A stretch of 64,000 bases of DNA from an uncultured Acidobacteriota bacterium (GTDB lineage: Bacteria > Acidobacteriota > Vicinamibacteria > Vicinamibacterales > 2-12-FULL-66-21), in contig CAVRYD010000011.1 of the NCBI GenBank assembly GCA_963725335.1, positions 1,199,104 to 1,263,103 on the forward strand, written 5' to 3'. The position numbers and the translations under genes were made by a program. The notes below the pieces were generated by a model. The model saw only the letters and a program-made list of their open reading frames with translations. It was not told the DNA's origin and did no database searches. How positions within the stretch are numbered: position 1 is the first letter of the stretch; every line of letters starts with the position of its first letter. This document shows, in pieces, positions 1 through 10,146 of this stretch.

Positions 1-55
1 AACAGGAGACGGGGAGAAGGGAGGTAATGTGCTGGGCGGAATTCTGGGCCGCGCC

Positions 56-1153
56 TTAGCCCTGATGAGGAACGGACTGACAGCGGGAGGCCGAAGTCCA
101 TCCGATTTCTCGGGCAAGGCCTGTCGGCAACGCCGTCGAATCTCTGTCTTCGACCGTCATTCGCAAGCCGGTCCGCAGATCGACTCGCGGCTGCCACTGC
201 AGCCTCGCCTTGGCCTCCGCGTTGGAGAACACGATTGGTTTGTACAGCGATTCGGTGACGTACGGAACGAAGCCGGAGGGCAGCTGACCGTCGATGCGCG
301 CCTGCCACTGCGCGTAAAGCCGTGAGAGGAGTGTGGCCGCCCAACCGGGAACGCGCACAACGTGGAGTTGGTCGCCGCCTCGTTGACAGGCATCAACAAT
401 TTCACCTGCCGTCGGCAGCTCATCGTCTACGACATTCAAAGTCTGGCCTTCGAGGTCGTTCGTCAACACCGCAGCAGCCACGGCAGAAGCACAGTTCGTG
501 ACGTAGGTGTACGGCAGGCGCCGGTCCGGGTGCACGAGTGCGAACAGGCTGCCGAGCCGTAGCCCGACACGATCGCTCAGGCAGGATCGCCCGGGCCCGA
601 AGATAACTCCCGGACGGATAATCACCAGCGGCAGCGCCCGATTGCGCGACGCGTCTCGGCAGACCGACTCCTGGACAACCTTGCTGTAGACGTAAGCGCC
701 GCGGCGCTCCGGGACAGGTTCGATTGGGCACGTCTCATCCAGCACCGATCCTGACTGAAGCAAGTGCGAGGCGTATACGCTGAGTGAGCTCACGAGGACA
801 AACCGGCGAATGCCGCACGCGACCGCTGCGTCGGTGAGCGCGCGCGTGGCGACCACGTTCTCGCGGACCAGCACGCTCGGTGCGGCACGCAGCGCGCCGG
901 CCGCATGCACGATAGCGTCGCACCCCGTCAGCCAGGCGGGATCCAGCGGCTCGTCGCGAAGAGACCCGAATACCAGTTCGAGCCGTTCCGGATGCGCCTC
1001 GCCGGCACCGATCACCGTATCCAACAATCGTGTCGCCGCTTCTGCGCGACGCACCAGACACCGAACCACCTGACCTCGTGCGAGCAGCTCGCAGACGAGC
1101 GGGCGGCCGAGAAAGCCGGCAGCGCCAGTCACGAAGATGCGACCAGGCCTCAT
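56..1153 (-). CDS. NAD-dependent epimerase/dehydratase (extended SDR)
   Basis: N-terminal VTGAAGFLG Rossmann motif, HAAG, VSS, YxxxK (YVYSK) and RPGVIFGPG; intact ORF. Confidence 0.9.
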   Translation of the reverse strand: MRPGRIFVTGAAGFLGRPLVCELLARGQVVRCLVRRAEAATRLLDTVIGAGEAHPERLELVFGSLRDEPLDPAWLTGCDAIVHAAGALRAAPSVLVRENVVATRALTDAAVACGIRRFVLVSSLSVYASHLLQSGSVLDETCPIEPVPERRGAYVYSKVVQESVCRDASRNRALPLVIIRPGVIFGPGRSCLSDRVGLRLGSLFALVHPDRRLPYTYVTNCASAVAAAVLTNDLEGQTLNVVDDELPTAGEIVDACQRGGDQLHVVRVPGWAATLLSRLYAQWQARIDGQLPSGFVPYVTESLYKPIVFSNAEAKARLQWQPRVDLRTGLRMTVEDRDSTALPTGLAREIGWTSASRCQSVPHQG

Positions 1154-2244
1154 GCCGACGCCACTCCGGCGCGTGGGGTTGCGCGCTGCCGTGGAGTATT
1201 GAGATCGCTGATCACAGCGTCCATGAGAATGGCGACGCGATACACCTCACTGGGATCGATCGGTGAACGACCGTCCTGCAACGCCGCTTCGTAGAACAAA
1301 CGGACGAGAGACTGTAATCCCGCGAAGTACTGGAGATTGCCGCGAAGGAGTCCGACCGCGTTGCGTGACAGTGTGCGGATACTCTCCATCGTGCTGCTCC
1401 ACGGCGCATGGAGCTTCGTCAGGAGCGACGGGAGAGCCGACGCCGAGCGCAGGCGAGTCGCCCGGGCTTCGTAATCCACCTCCAGCCAACCGTCATGGCC
1501 GTACACGCGCACATAGCTGGTCGCCGGACGCGAGCCGGTCACGAGCGTCAGTGTCGCTGATACGTGCGCGCCGCGCACGAGCACCAGCAGTTCGGTGTCG
1601 AAGTCCCACGGCGGCTTGTTCCACGACGTCGCCGTGACCAGGAGCTGCTCGTCCCGAATCAATTCGCCAATCGCAGCGAGTGCATGCGGGATCGCGTTCT
1701 GAAAAAGCCCTCCCGGGAGCTGGCGAACCCAGTGTCGATCGTCATGAGTGAAAAGGCGACCGAATGGCCCCCCAAGGTCGTAGGATTGAAAGAACTCCGC
1801 GTGCGTCACCGCACCGATTGCGCCGGCCCGAATCCGTTTTCGGCACTCGACCCACGATGGATCGAACAGGCGATCGTGTCCCGTGCACACCAGCCGGCCG
1901 CGAGCCGCGGCGCTCGCGAGCATTTCACACGCCTCCGCCCCATTGAGCGAGAACGGCTTCTCCACGTAGACGTGCGACCCGGCATCGATCGCCATGTGGA
2001 ACAGGCGGTAGTGCGCCGCTGGGGGCGTGGTGATGTGGACAACGTCCGGCTGGGTGCGGTCGAGCATGCGAGCGAAGTCTGAATCCCACTGAGGCACGGC
2101 AAATCGCACGGCGGCCTGCCGCGCGAGATCCGGGCTCTTGTCACAGACTGCAACCACGCGTGCCAATCCGCTGCGACGTGCGGCCTGCAGGTGGGCATCC
2201 GCAATCTGCCCGCAACCAACGATCGCCACTTTGAGGGTCGGCAT
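1150..2244 (-). CDS. Gfo/Idh/MocA family oxidoreductase
   Basis: Starts MPTLKVAIVGCGQIA; has ITTPP and HVYVEKP motifs; 4-bp overlap with the downstream epimerase. Confidence 0.88.
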   Translation of the reverse strand: MPTLKVAIVGCGQIADAHLQAARRSGLARVVAVCDKSPDLARQAAVRFAVPQWDSDFARMLDRTQPDVVHITTPPAAHYRLFHMAIDAGSHVYVEKPFSLNGAEACEMLASAAARGRLVCTGHDRLFDPSWVECRKRIRAGAIGAVTHAEFFQSYDLGGPFGRLFTHDDRHWVRQLPGGLFQNAIPHALAAIGELIRDEQLLVTATSWNKPPWDFDTELLVLVRGAHVSATLTLVTGSRPATSYVRVYGHDGWLEVDYEARATRLRSASALPSLLTKLHAPWSSTMESIRTLSRNAVGLLRGNLQYFAGLQSLVRLFYEAALQDGRSPIDPSEVYRVAILMDAVISDLNTPRQRATPRAGVASA

Positions 2245-2245
2245 A

Positions 2246-3000
2246 CTAATCGTAAGAATCCTGCTGCGGCGATAGCGCTGACATTCGTGCTGGTGAGGAC
2301 GGCGGTCTCGTAACCTGAGAGAGCGTCGGTCGCGGCTCCCGTACGGTCTCCGCGAGGAGCGCGGCAAGCCTTGCAGTCTGCGCCGGTTGTGAAAACCGTC
2401 GAAGGATTGTTTCACGAGCCAGAGCTCCCAGTTCCCAGGCTCCGGCACGGTCGCCGGCGATGACGTCGAAGGCGGAAGTCAGCGCGGCAGCGTCTTCGAT
2501 CGGAATCAGCAACCCATTGTGACCGTGCGCGATCAACTCGCGCTGTCCGCCGGTATCTGTCGCGATGACAGGCAGACCGGTTGCCATCGCTTCCATGGTC
2601 GCATTCGCGAGGCCTTCATGAATGCTTGGTTGAACGTAGGCATCAGCTGCCTGCATATAGGTCAGCACTTCCTGATGACCGACCGGACCGACGAGCGTTA
2701 CTCGGGCGTGTACTCGCGAGTAACCTCACGAGCTCCGGTTCCACGAGCCTGCCCACGACCACCAGCTGCCACTCGCCATCGTGGGTGCAGAACCGCTCCC
2801 ACGCCCGTGCCAGATTTCGAATTCCCTTGCGCTCGATCACCGAGCCGCAAAAGAGCATCAGCCTGGCCTCGGCGCTGAATCCAAGCGCTCGTCTGACGGC
2901 TTCCCTGTCGGACACCGGTGCGAACCGCTGCGCATCGCAACCGTTGTACAAGACTCCATCGCGGCGACGGCGATCTAGATGCCCCAGCTGCTGAGCTTGG
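2246..3000 (-). pseudogene. Glycosyltransferase family 4, C-terminal half only (frameshifted; N-terminus not recognisable)
   Basis: VLYNGCD, LFCGSVIERKG, ADAYVQPSIHEGLANATMEAMATGLPVIATDTGG across two frames; no GT4 N-terminal domain is evident upstream. The 5' boundary is approximate. Confidence 0.65.
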
Positions 3001-3380
3001 TGAGAATCGAGTGCTGGTGGAGTGACGACGGTACGCAGATGCAGGGTCAGTCTGACAACGCCCGACGGCGTGATGTACGCGTAGATGTGCAGGGCAAGAG
3101 CGTCTTGGGGGTCGCCGCCGTCGTCGCCCAGTTGCGCCGGCGGACCACAGCGCCGACTGGCGATGCCTTCGACCAGAGCATTCGGCAAGATGCAGGTGTC
3201 GCTACACTCTTGCGCACGGCATTTTTGGTATCGATCGGGCAGCATCTCGCCACGGTCGACCCGACATGCGGAGTCCGGTCTTCGATCACCTGAAAACAAT
3301 AAGAATTCTCCCTTCTTCTCCCTATTCTCATGTTTGATCTTGACTTCATCAGGAGGCGGAATGGCCTAAACTAGGGCGCC

Positions 3381-3590
3381 ATGTTGTACGTGTTCGTACG
3401 GGGCTCCCACCGCAAGACCTGTGAGACGCGTTTGAGTGCCGACGGCGAGGGCTACGAGCTGGTAGTGGCCGAGGACGGAGTCGAGCGCATCGATCGCTAC
3501 AAATCGATGGACCGACTCCTCGCACGAGAACACGAATTGCTCCAGGCCTGGCGGGCCCAGGGATGGTCGCAACCACAGGGCAAACACTGA
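3381..3590 (+). CDS. Small hypothetical protein (69 aa)
   Basis: Protein-like composition (MLYVFVRG...ELLQAWRAQGW), ATG start, overlaps the MFS start region. Confidence 0.55.
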   Translation: MLYVFVRGSHRKTCETRLSADGEGYELVVAEDGVERIDRYKSMDRLLAREHELLQAWRAQGWSQPQGKH

Positions 3591-4948
3591 CCAGCCTGCC
3601 GCCCGTTCATCGTCAAGTGCGCTGGTGGATTCTGGCGCTCCTGTTTTCCGTCACGGTGATCAATTTCGTCGATCGCCAGGCGCTCTCCGTTCTGGCGCCG
3701 ATCATCCGGAATACCTTCCATCTTTCCAATACGCAGTACGGCACCATCGTTTCCTGGTTCCAGTTTGGAATGGTTGTGGGCGAGTTCCCGATGGGCTGGC
3801 TGATGGATCGCGTGGGCGTTCGCGCGGGTCTGGTGTTTGCCGTGACCTGGTGGTCGCTCGCGAATGGTTTGCACGCGGCCGCCGGCACGCTGTGGCAGTT
3901 CCGTCTGCTTCGCTTCTGGCTTGGGACCGGCGAGTGCGGAAACTACTCGGGTGGTAACAAGGTCGTCGCGCAGTGGTTTCCCATCAAGGAGCGCGCGTTT
4001 GCGATCGGGGTCTTCAATAGTGCGTCGATGATCGGATCGTTCATCGCACCGTTCCTGGTTATCCCGGTTGCGGAGCGATACGGCTGGCGGGCCGGCTTTC
4101 TGGTGCCGAGCACGCTCGGCCTCTTCTGGGTGGCGGCATGGTGGTTCGTGTACCGCGATCCCGCAGCGCATCCATACATTTCGCCTGCGGAAGCCAGCTA
4201 TATCCGGACCCAGCCGGTCGAGGGGCCAATCGCGAACAGCTCGCCGTCCAACCGGCAGCTGCTACGGCTGAAGGAGACCTGGGGCCTCATGCTCTGCCGC
4301 TTCTGGGTGGGGCCGGTCGTGCAGTTCTACATCTACTGGATGCCGAACTATTTTCACGACGTCCGGCATCTCAGCGTTCGGGACTCGACGTATTTCAACT
4401 CTGTTACGTTTCTCTTTGGAGACATCGGGAGCATTGGCGGCGGGCTGGCGGCGGGCTGGCTCATGGCGCGTGGGGCTGCGCTGAAGACTGCCCGCAAGAG
4501 CACGCTGATGAGCGGGGCGGTCCTCTGCCTTCTCAGTTTCGCCGTGCCGCTCATCAATAGCATTCCCCTGGCGATTGCGGCAATCTCGCTCGTGCTCCTC
4601 GGGCACACATTCCTGTCGGCCAATATGTTTGCATCCGTGTCCGACGTGTTCCCGGATGCGGCTGTTGCTCGTGTCACCGGGTTGACGGGCGTCGCCAGCG
4701 GGCTGAGTGGCATTCTGTTCCCCTACCTGACTGGACTGATCGTCGATCGGTTCAGCTACTCGCCGATTTTCATCATGGCCTCCTTGATGCCGCTCATCGG
4801 GATCCTCATTCTCTTTGCGGCGCTCGGCAGACTACGGTCGCGTGCGGCTCGAGCCGTCACGGACGTAGGCCTTTCGCCAGGACTCTGGTATCCGAACCGT
4901 ATCCGCCTCCGAGCGTCAGGTTCAGGGGCGGCCTCCGGTATAATCTAA
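3563..4948 (+). CDS. MFS transporter, ExuT/hexuronate-like (ACS family)
   Basis: RWWILALLFSVTVINFVDRQALS, LGTGE and WFPIKERAFA motifs; about 12 hydrophobic segments. Confidence 0.88.
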   Translation: MVATTGQTLTSLPPVHRQVRWWILALLFSVTVINFVDRQALSVLAPIIRNTFHLSNTQYGTIVSWFQFGMVVGEFPMGWLMDRVGVRAGLVFAVTWWSLANGLHAAAGTLWQFRLLRFWLGTGECGNYSGGNKVVAQWFPIKERAFAIGVFNSASMIGSFIAPFLVIPVAERYGWRAGFLVPSTLGLFWVAAWWFVYRDPAAHPYISPAEASYIRTQPVEGPIANSSPSNRQLLRLKETWGLMLCRFWVGPVVQFYIYWMPNYFHDVRHLSVRDSTYFNSVTFLFGDIGSIGGGLAAGWLMARGAALKTARKSTLMSGAVLCLLSFAVPLINSIPLAIAAISLVLLGHTFLSANMFASVSDVFPDAAVARVTGLTGVASGLSGILFPYLTGLIVDRFSYSPIFIMASLMPLIGILILFAALGRLRSRAARAVTDVGLSPGLWYPNRIRLRASGSGAASGII

Positions 4949-5010
4949 CGTCGCCTCGTGTGCCCAGGGCTCGGGGACGATCTGGCCATTGCACCCCGGA
5001 CGGAGGATGC

Positions 5011-7590
5011 GTGCGCTCGTTTTTTGTGGTTTTCATCCTGCTCTTTGCCCTCGCCGTTGCCGGCTCGGCTCAACGCGCGCAGCAAGGCACGATCCCTCCG
5101 GTCGCGCCGCTTCAGGACCCGTCGCCATCTCAGTGCTCCAGCTGCGAAAGATTCGACATCGCCAAAGGAGCCCAAGGAAACCATCGAGGGCTTTGACCAT
5201 ATCGTCCGGCCCTTCGTCGAAGAGAACTGCGTTCCCTGCCACGGGTACAAGAAACAGAAGAACGGCTTGAACCTGGAATCGTTCGAGTCGGCGGCTACAC
5301 TGACCGACGAACACGAACGGTGGGCCGAGGTCGTCAAGAAGCTCCGGGCCCGTGAGATGCCGCCCGAAGAGGAGCCGCAGCCGGCCGAACATCAACGGCA
5401 GGCGGTCGCGGGCTGGCTCTCGAAGGAGCTCGAGCGCATCGACAAGCTCACGCCGCCCGATCCGGGGCGGGTCACCGCTCGTCGGCTGAATCGTACTGAA
5501 TACAACAACTCGGTCCGCGATCTTCTGGGCGTGGACGTCCATCCGGCAGACGACTTCCCCCAGGATGATGCGGGGTATGGGTTCGATAACATCGCGGACG
5601 TGCTGTCGCTCTCGCCGGTGCTGATGGAGAAGTACGTATCGGCGGCGGATAAGGTCACGCGCATCGCGCTTTTTGGTCCTCCGGTGATGAAGCCCACGCT
5701 TACGCGGCTTCGCTCCGACGGCCGCCGGGTCCGCGATGCGAAGACGTTTCCAGGCGAGTACGATGTCACGGGCCTGAGCTTGCCGAACGCATTTCACGCG
5801 ATCTACCGCGTGCCAGTGGATGGCGAGTACGTTGTCCGGGCGGCGCTCGCCGGCCTGCGACCGGTCGGATCGGAACCCGTTGCGATCACCCTCTGGGTCG
5901 ACGATCAACTGGTTCAGACGATCCCGTTCGATCCGGAGCGATCGGCGACCTTCAACGACGATCGGCAGGATTTCGGCGGGCAGATGGTGGAGTTCAAGTC
6001 GCGGCTCACGGCCGGCGATCGCCATCTGGCCGTCGCGATTCCTCGAATCTTCGAGGGACTTCCGCCGAGCTACAACGGTCCGCAGCCCTCCACGCGGCCC
6101 ATTCCTCCGCCGCGGGAGTTCAAGCCGCCGGCAAACGCCTCGCCGGAACGGATCGCTCAGCTGCGCAAGACGTTCGACGACACGCAGGCTGAGCTCGCGA
6201 AGATTCCGATGAACGGCGTCCGCATCAACACGCTTGATGTGGGCGGCCCGTATTCACAGGCAACGGGGCCAACGCGCGCGAGTCTGCAGAGAATCTATAC
6301 CTGCGGCCACTTGAATGGCGTGCACACGGCGATGTGCGCGCGGCGTATTGTGACCGACTTCGCGCAGCGAGCGTTCCGCCGCCCGGTGACGGCGCGCGAG
6401 CTGACGCCGTACATCACGCTCACGCAACAGGCGCGAGAAGGAGGAGGGCTCGCTCGCCGAAGGTCTTGCGGTCGGCATCCAGGCGATCCTCGTGTCGCCT
6501 GATTTTCTTTTCAGGATCGAGCGCGATCGCGGCAGCGTCGGGGCCTAAGCCGGCCGCCGATTATCCGATCTCTCAGCACGAGCTCGCGACACGCCTGTCG
6601 TACTTCCTGTGGTCGAGCATGCCGGACGCCTCGCTTCGTCGCGCGGCGGATCTGGGAACGCTGCGCAATCCCGCGGTGCTGGCAGCGCAGGTTCGGCGAA
6701 TGCTGCGCGATCCGAAATCGCACGCGCTTGCCGAGAATTTCGGCGGTCAGTGGCTGCAGTTCCGCGCGCTGGAATCGGTGACGCGCGACCGCGAGCGTTA
6801 TCCCGGATTTCGAGGATTACCTTCGATACTCGATGCGGCGCGAGACGGAGCTCTTCCTCGAGGACGTGATCCGCCAGGATCGCAAGGATCCTGGACTTCA
6901 TCGACGGCAAGTACTCGTTCCTCAACGAGCGACTGGCGCGTCACTACGGCATCCCGGATGTGTCCGGGCCGGAATTCCGCCGCGTCGATTTGAGCGACAC
7001 GCCGCGAGGCGGCGTGCTGACGCAGGCCAGCGTCCTGACGGTTTCGTCGTACGCGACCCGCACGTCGCCGGTGCTGCGCGGCCGGTGGGTGCTCGACAAC
7101 CTGCTCGACGCGCCGCCGCCCGAACCGCCGGCCGACGTGCCCGAATCTCAAGGAGTCGGAGATCGGCACCACCGCATCGATGCGCGAACAGCTCGAGCTG
7201 CACCGCAAGGACCCGACGTGCGCGTCGTGCCACCGGCGGATGGATCCGCTCGGTTTCGGTCTCGAGAACTTCGACGCCATCGGCGCGTGGCGTACGATGG
7301 ACGGCAAGTTTCCGATCGACGCAACGGGAACGCTGCCCGACGGCCGGTCGTTCAACGGGCCCGAGGAACTGCGCTCCATCCTGAGAGCGGATCACCAGGC
7401 GTTCGAACATTGCCTGACGGCCAAGCTCCTGACCTACGCACTCGGCCGCGGGCTGGAGCGTTACGACAAACGGACGGTCAGTGGTATCGTGAGCCGGCTG
7501 CCCAAGCGCGAATACCGGTTTTCCGGGCTGGTTCTGGAAATCGTCAACAGCCTGCCCTTCCAGTCGCGAAGGGCTGCGAGCACACCATGA
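5011..7590 (+). CDS. DUF1592/PSD-domain planctomycete-type cytochrome c protein (frameshifted)
   Basis: GGAGGA RBS plus GTG; signal peptide; CVPCH; [17 protein letters not shown]; [16 protein letters not shown]; [11 protein letters not shown]; CASCH; LLTYALGR; spread over several frames. Confidence 0.85.
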
Positions 7591-8940
7591 TTCGTTACGC
7601 GCAAACACCTGCCGCGCCGGAGCTTTCTCAAGGGAATGGGAGCGGTCATCGCGCTTCCGATGCTCGATGCCATGACGCCCGCGTTCGCGGCATCGCGCCT
7701 CCAGGCCCGACCCGATTCGCCTGGGCTTTACCTACGTCCCGAACGGCATCACGATGCCGGACTGGACGCCCACGGGCCGCAGGCGCCGAGCTTCGAGTTC
7801 GCGCGCGTCATGAAGCCGCTCGAGCCGTTCCGGCAGGACATGCTGGTGCTGTCGGGACTGGGCCATCGGAACGGGCAGGCGCTGGGCGACGGTCCCGGCG
7901 ATCACGCGCGCGCCGCGGCCTCGTACCTGACCGGCGTCCATCCGCGAAAGACCGCGGGCGCCGACATCCAGAACGGCATCTCGGTCGATCAGGTCGCCGC
8001 GCAGCAGATCGGTTCGCGACACGCGTTCGCTTCGCTCGAGCTCGGTTGCGACGACTCGCGGACGATCGGCAACTGCGATTCAGGCTATTCGTGCGCCTAC
8101 ACCAACAGCCTCGCCTGGCGCGGGCCGGCGACGCCGATGCCGCCGGAAACGAACCCGCGCCTCGTCTTCGAGCGGCTGTTCGGCGACATCGACACGAGCG
8201 TGCCCGCCGACGTTCGGGCCCGCCGCCTGCATGTACCGCCGCAGCATCCTCGACCTCGTCAACGAGCGGACGACGAAGCTGGCGTCGACGCTCGGCCCCG
8301 TCGACCGCCGCAAGCTCGACGAATACCTGACGTCCATCCGCGAGATCGAACAGCGGATCGAGAAGGCCGAGAAGGACATGACGGGCCTGACGCCGACGAT
8401 CGACAAGCCGACCGGCGTGCCCGTGCTCTACGCCGACTACGTCAACCTGATGTTCGATCTGCAGCTGATCGCCTTCCAGGCGGACCAGACCCGCATCGTG
8501 ACGATGATGATGGGGCGCGAAGGCAGCATGCGGACATACCCGGAGATCGGCGTACCCGACCCGCATCATCCGTTGACGCACCACCGCGGCAACCCCGAAT
8601 GGATCGAGCGCGTCACGAAGGTCAACACGCTGCACATGGAGCTCTTTGCCGGCTTCATCGGCAAGCTCAAGGCGACGCCGGACGGCGACGGCTCGCTCCT
8701 CGATCATTCGATCATCGTGTACGGCAGCGGCCTGAGCGACGGCAACCGGCACGCGCACGAAGACCTGCCGGTCGCGCTGGTGGGGCACGGCGGCGACTTC
8801 CGTCTGGGCAGCCACATCGTCTATCCCGAAGGGCACGCCGATGACGAATCTCTACCTGACGCTGCTCGACCGCATCGGGCGTGCAGCAGGAGACGATCGG
8901 CGACAGCACCGGGAGGATCGAGCACCTGACCGATCTGTGA
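7587..8940 (+). CDS. DUF1552 (HXXSHH family) Tat-exported protein (frameshifted)
   Basis: Tat motif RRSFLKG; SVDQVAA; SLELG; GYSCAY; NPRLVFERLFG; HHPLTHH; SDGNRH; GDSTG at the end; ATGA overlap with the DUF1592 gene. Confidence 0.85.
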
Positions 8941-9276
8941 GCCTTCCGGCGAACGGGTCGTCCGCAAAGCGTTTCGCATGTCGGTCCACGCCGGCCAGGA
9001 GGCGGAGTACATCCGGCGGCACCAGCCGATCTGGCAGGACCTCGAAGAACGCTGCTCGAGCACGGCGTCCGCACCTATTCGATTTTCCTGGATCGCGCGA
9101 CGAACCACCTCTTCGGCTACGTCGAATTCGAGAGCGAAGCGCAGTGGAACGCGGTCGCGGCCACCGACGTGTGCCAGCGCTGGTGGGCTCACATGCGCGA
9201 CCTCATGCCCACCAATCCCGACCACAGCCCTCAGAGTGTCGAATTGGAGGAAGTGTTTCACATTCAGAGTCGCTGA
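8937..9276 (+). CDS. rhaM: L-rhamnose mutarotase (frameshifted)
   Basis: [39 protein letters not shown] and EEVFHI motifs. Confidence 0.8.
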
Positions 9277-9283
9277 TTTCGAT

Positions 9284-9410
9284 CAGGTTCTGCGGGGTTC
9301 TGCCAGTTTACGGGTTCTAGGTTCGTCTCGGAAGCACTTGGCGAGCGGAACCGGCAGAACCCGAACGAACCTTGGAGAACCTGGTAGAACCTTTGAACTA
9401 GCAGAACCTG
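9284..9410. repeat. Inverted array of degenerate ~10-mer GGTTCT/AGAACC repeats
   Basis: Ends CAGGTTCTGC (9284-9293) and GCAGAACCTG (9401-9410) are exact reverse complements; several GGTTC units lie on the left and GAACC units on the right. Confidence 0.7.
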
Positions 9411-10089
9411 TGTCAGACTCGTCTGCCAGACGCACGAGCGCGCAGCGACGGACGGGGGAGCCGACCGTCTGGAAGTCGTACGCGCGATGCGGACGGGGGC
9501 TGACGCCCGCGCTCTCCGTCGTGGAAGCGATCGCGGCGGCAACCTCGTTGCCGCTGCGGGTCATGGTCCGCGAAAATGGCGGGTTCGAACGTCGGATGCG
9601 GAGATCGAGGTCATGCGCGCCGCCGCCTGGAACTTCGCAAAGCTCGAAGTCGACGGCTTGGTGGCAGGCTTTGCGGAGGTCGGGAGATCTGCGCTGGACG
9701 AGTTCGCGAGCGTCGTCGAAGCGGCGCCACGCGTTCCGGTGACATTCCATCGCGCGTTCGACTCGCTCACCGATCCACTGAGCGCCATCGATACGTTGTC
9801 CGCGCGATCCGCGCGAGTTGATGGAATCCTGACGAGCGGTGGGGAAGGGACGGTTGCGGAGCGATGCGCTCGACTTCGTCAGTACGTCGCGCGCGCCGGC
9901 TCGCGCCTGACGATCATCGCCGGCGGTGGCGTGGACTCGAGGCGTTCGGCGTCTCGTCGCGGGAGGCGCTGCGTGAAATGGCTTCACGTGGGCCGCGCCG
10001 CGCGCGATGGACAAGACCCCGAAGGTCCCGTCTCCGCCGCGAGCGTGCGGCGGCTGCGAGACCTGGCAGACGGCGTGGGCCAGCCGTAA
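9410..10089 (+). CDS. cutC: CutC family (copper homeostasis) protein, frameshifted, start uncertain
   Basis: GGADRLEV, GLTP, LRVMVRE, VTFHRAFD, ILTSGG and IIAGGG motifs. Confidence 0.8.
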
Positions 10090-10146
10090 GAGCCGGCCCA
10101 ACGCTGTCAACAAATCACCAATCAGCATTCACGCAATCAGCAATTC

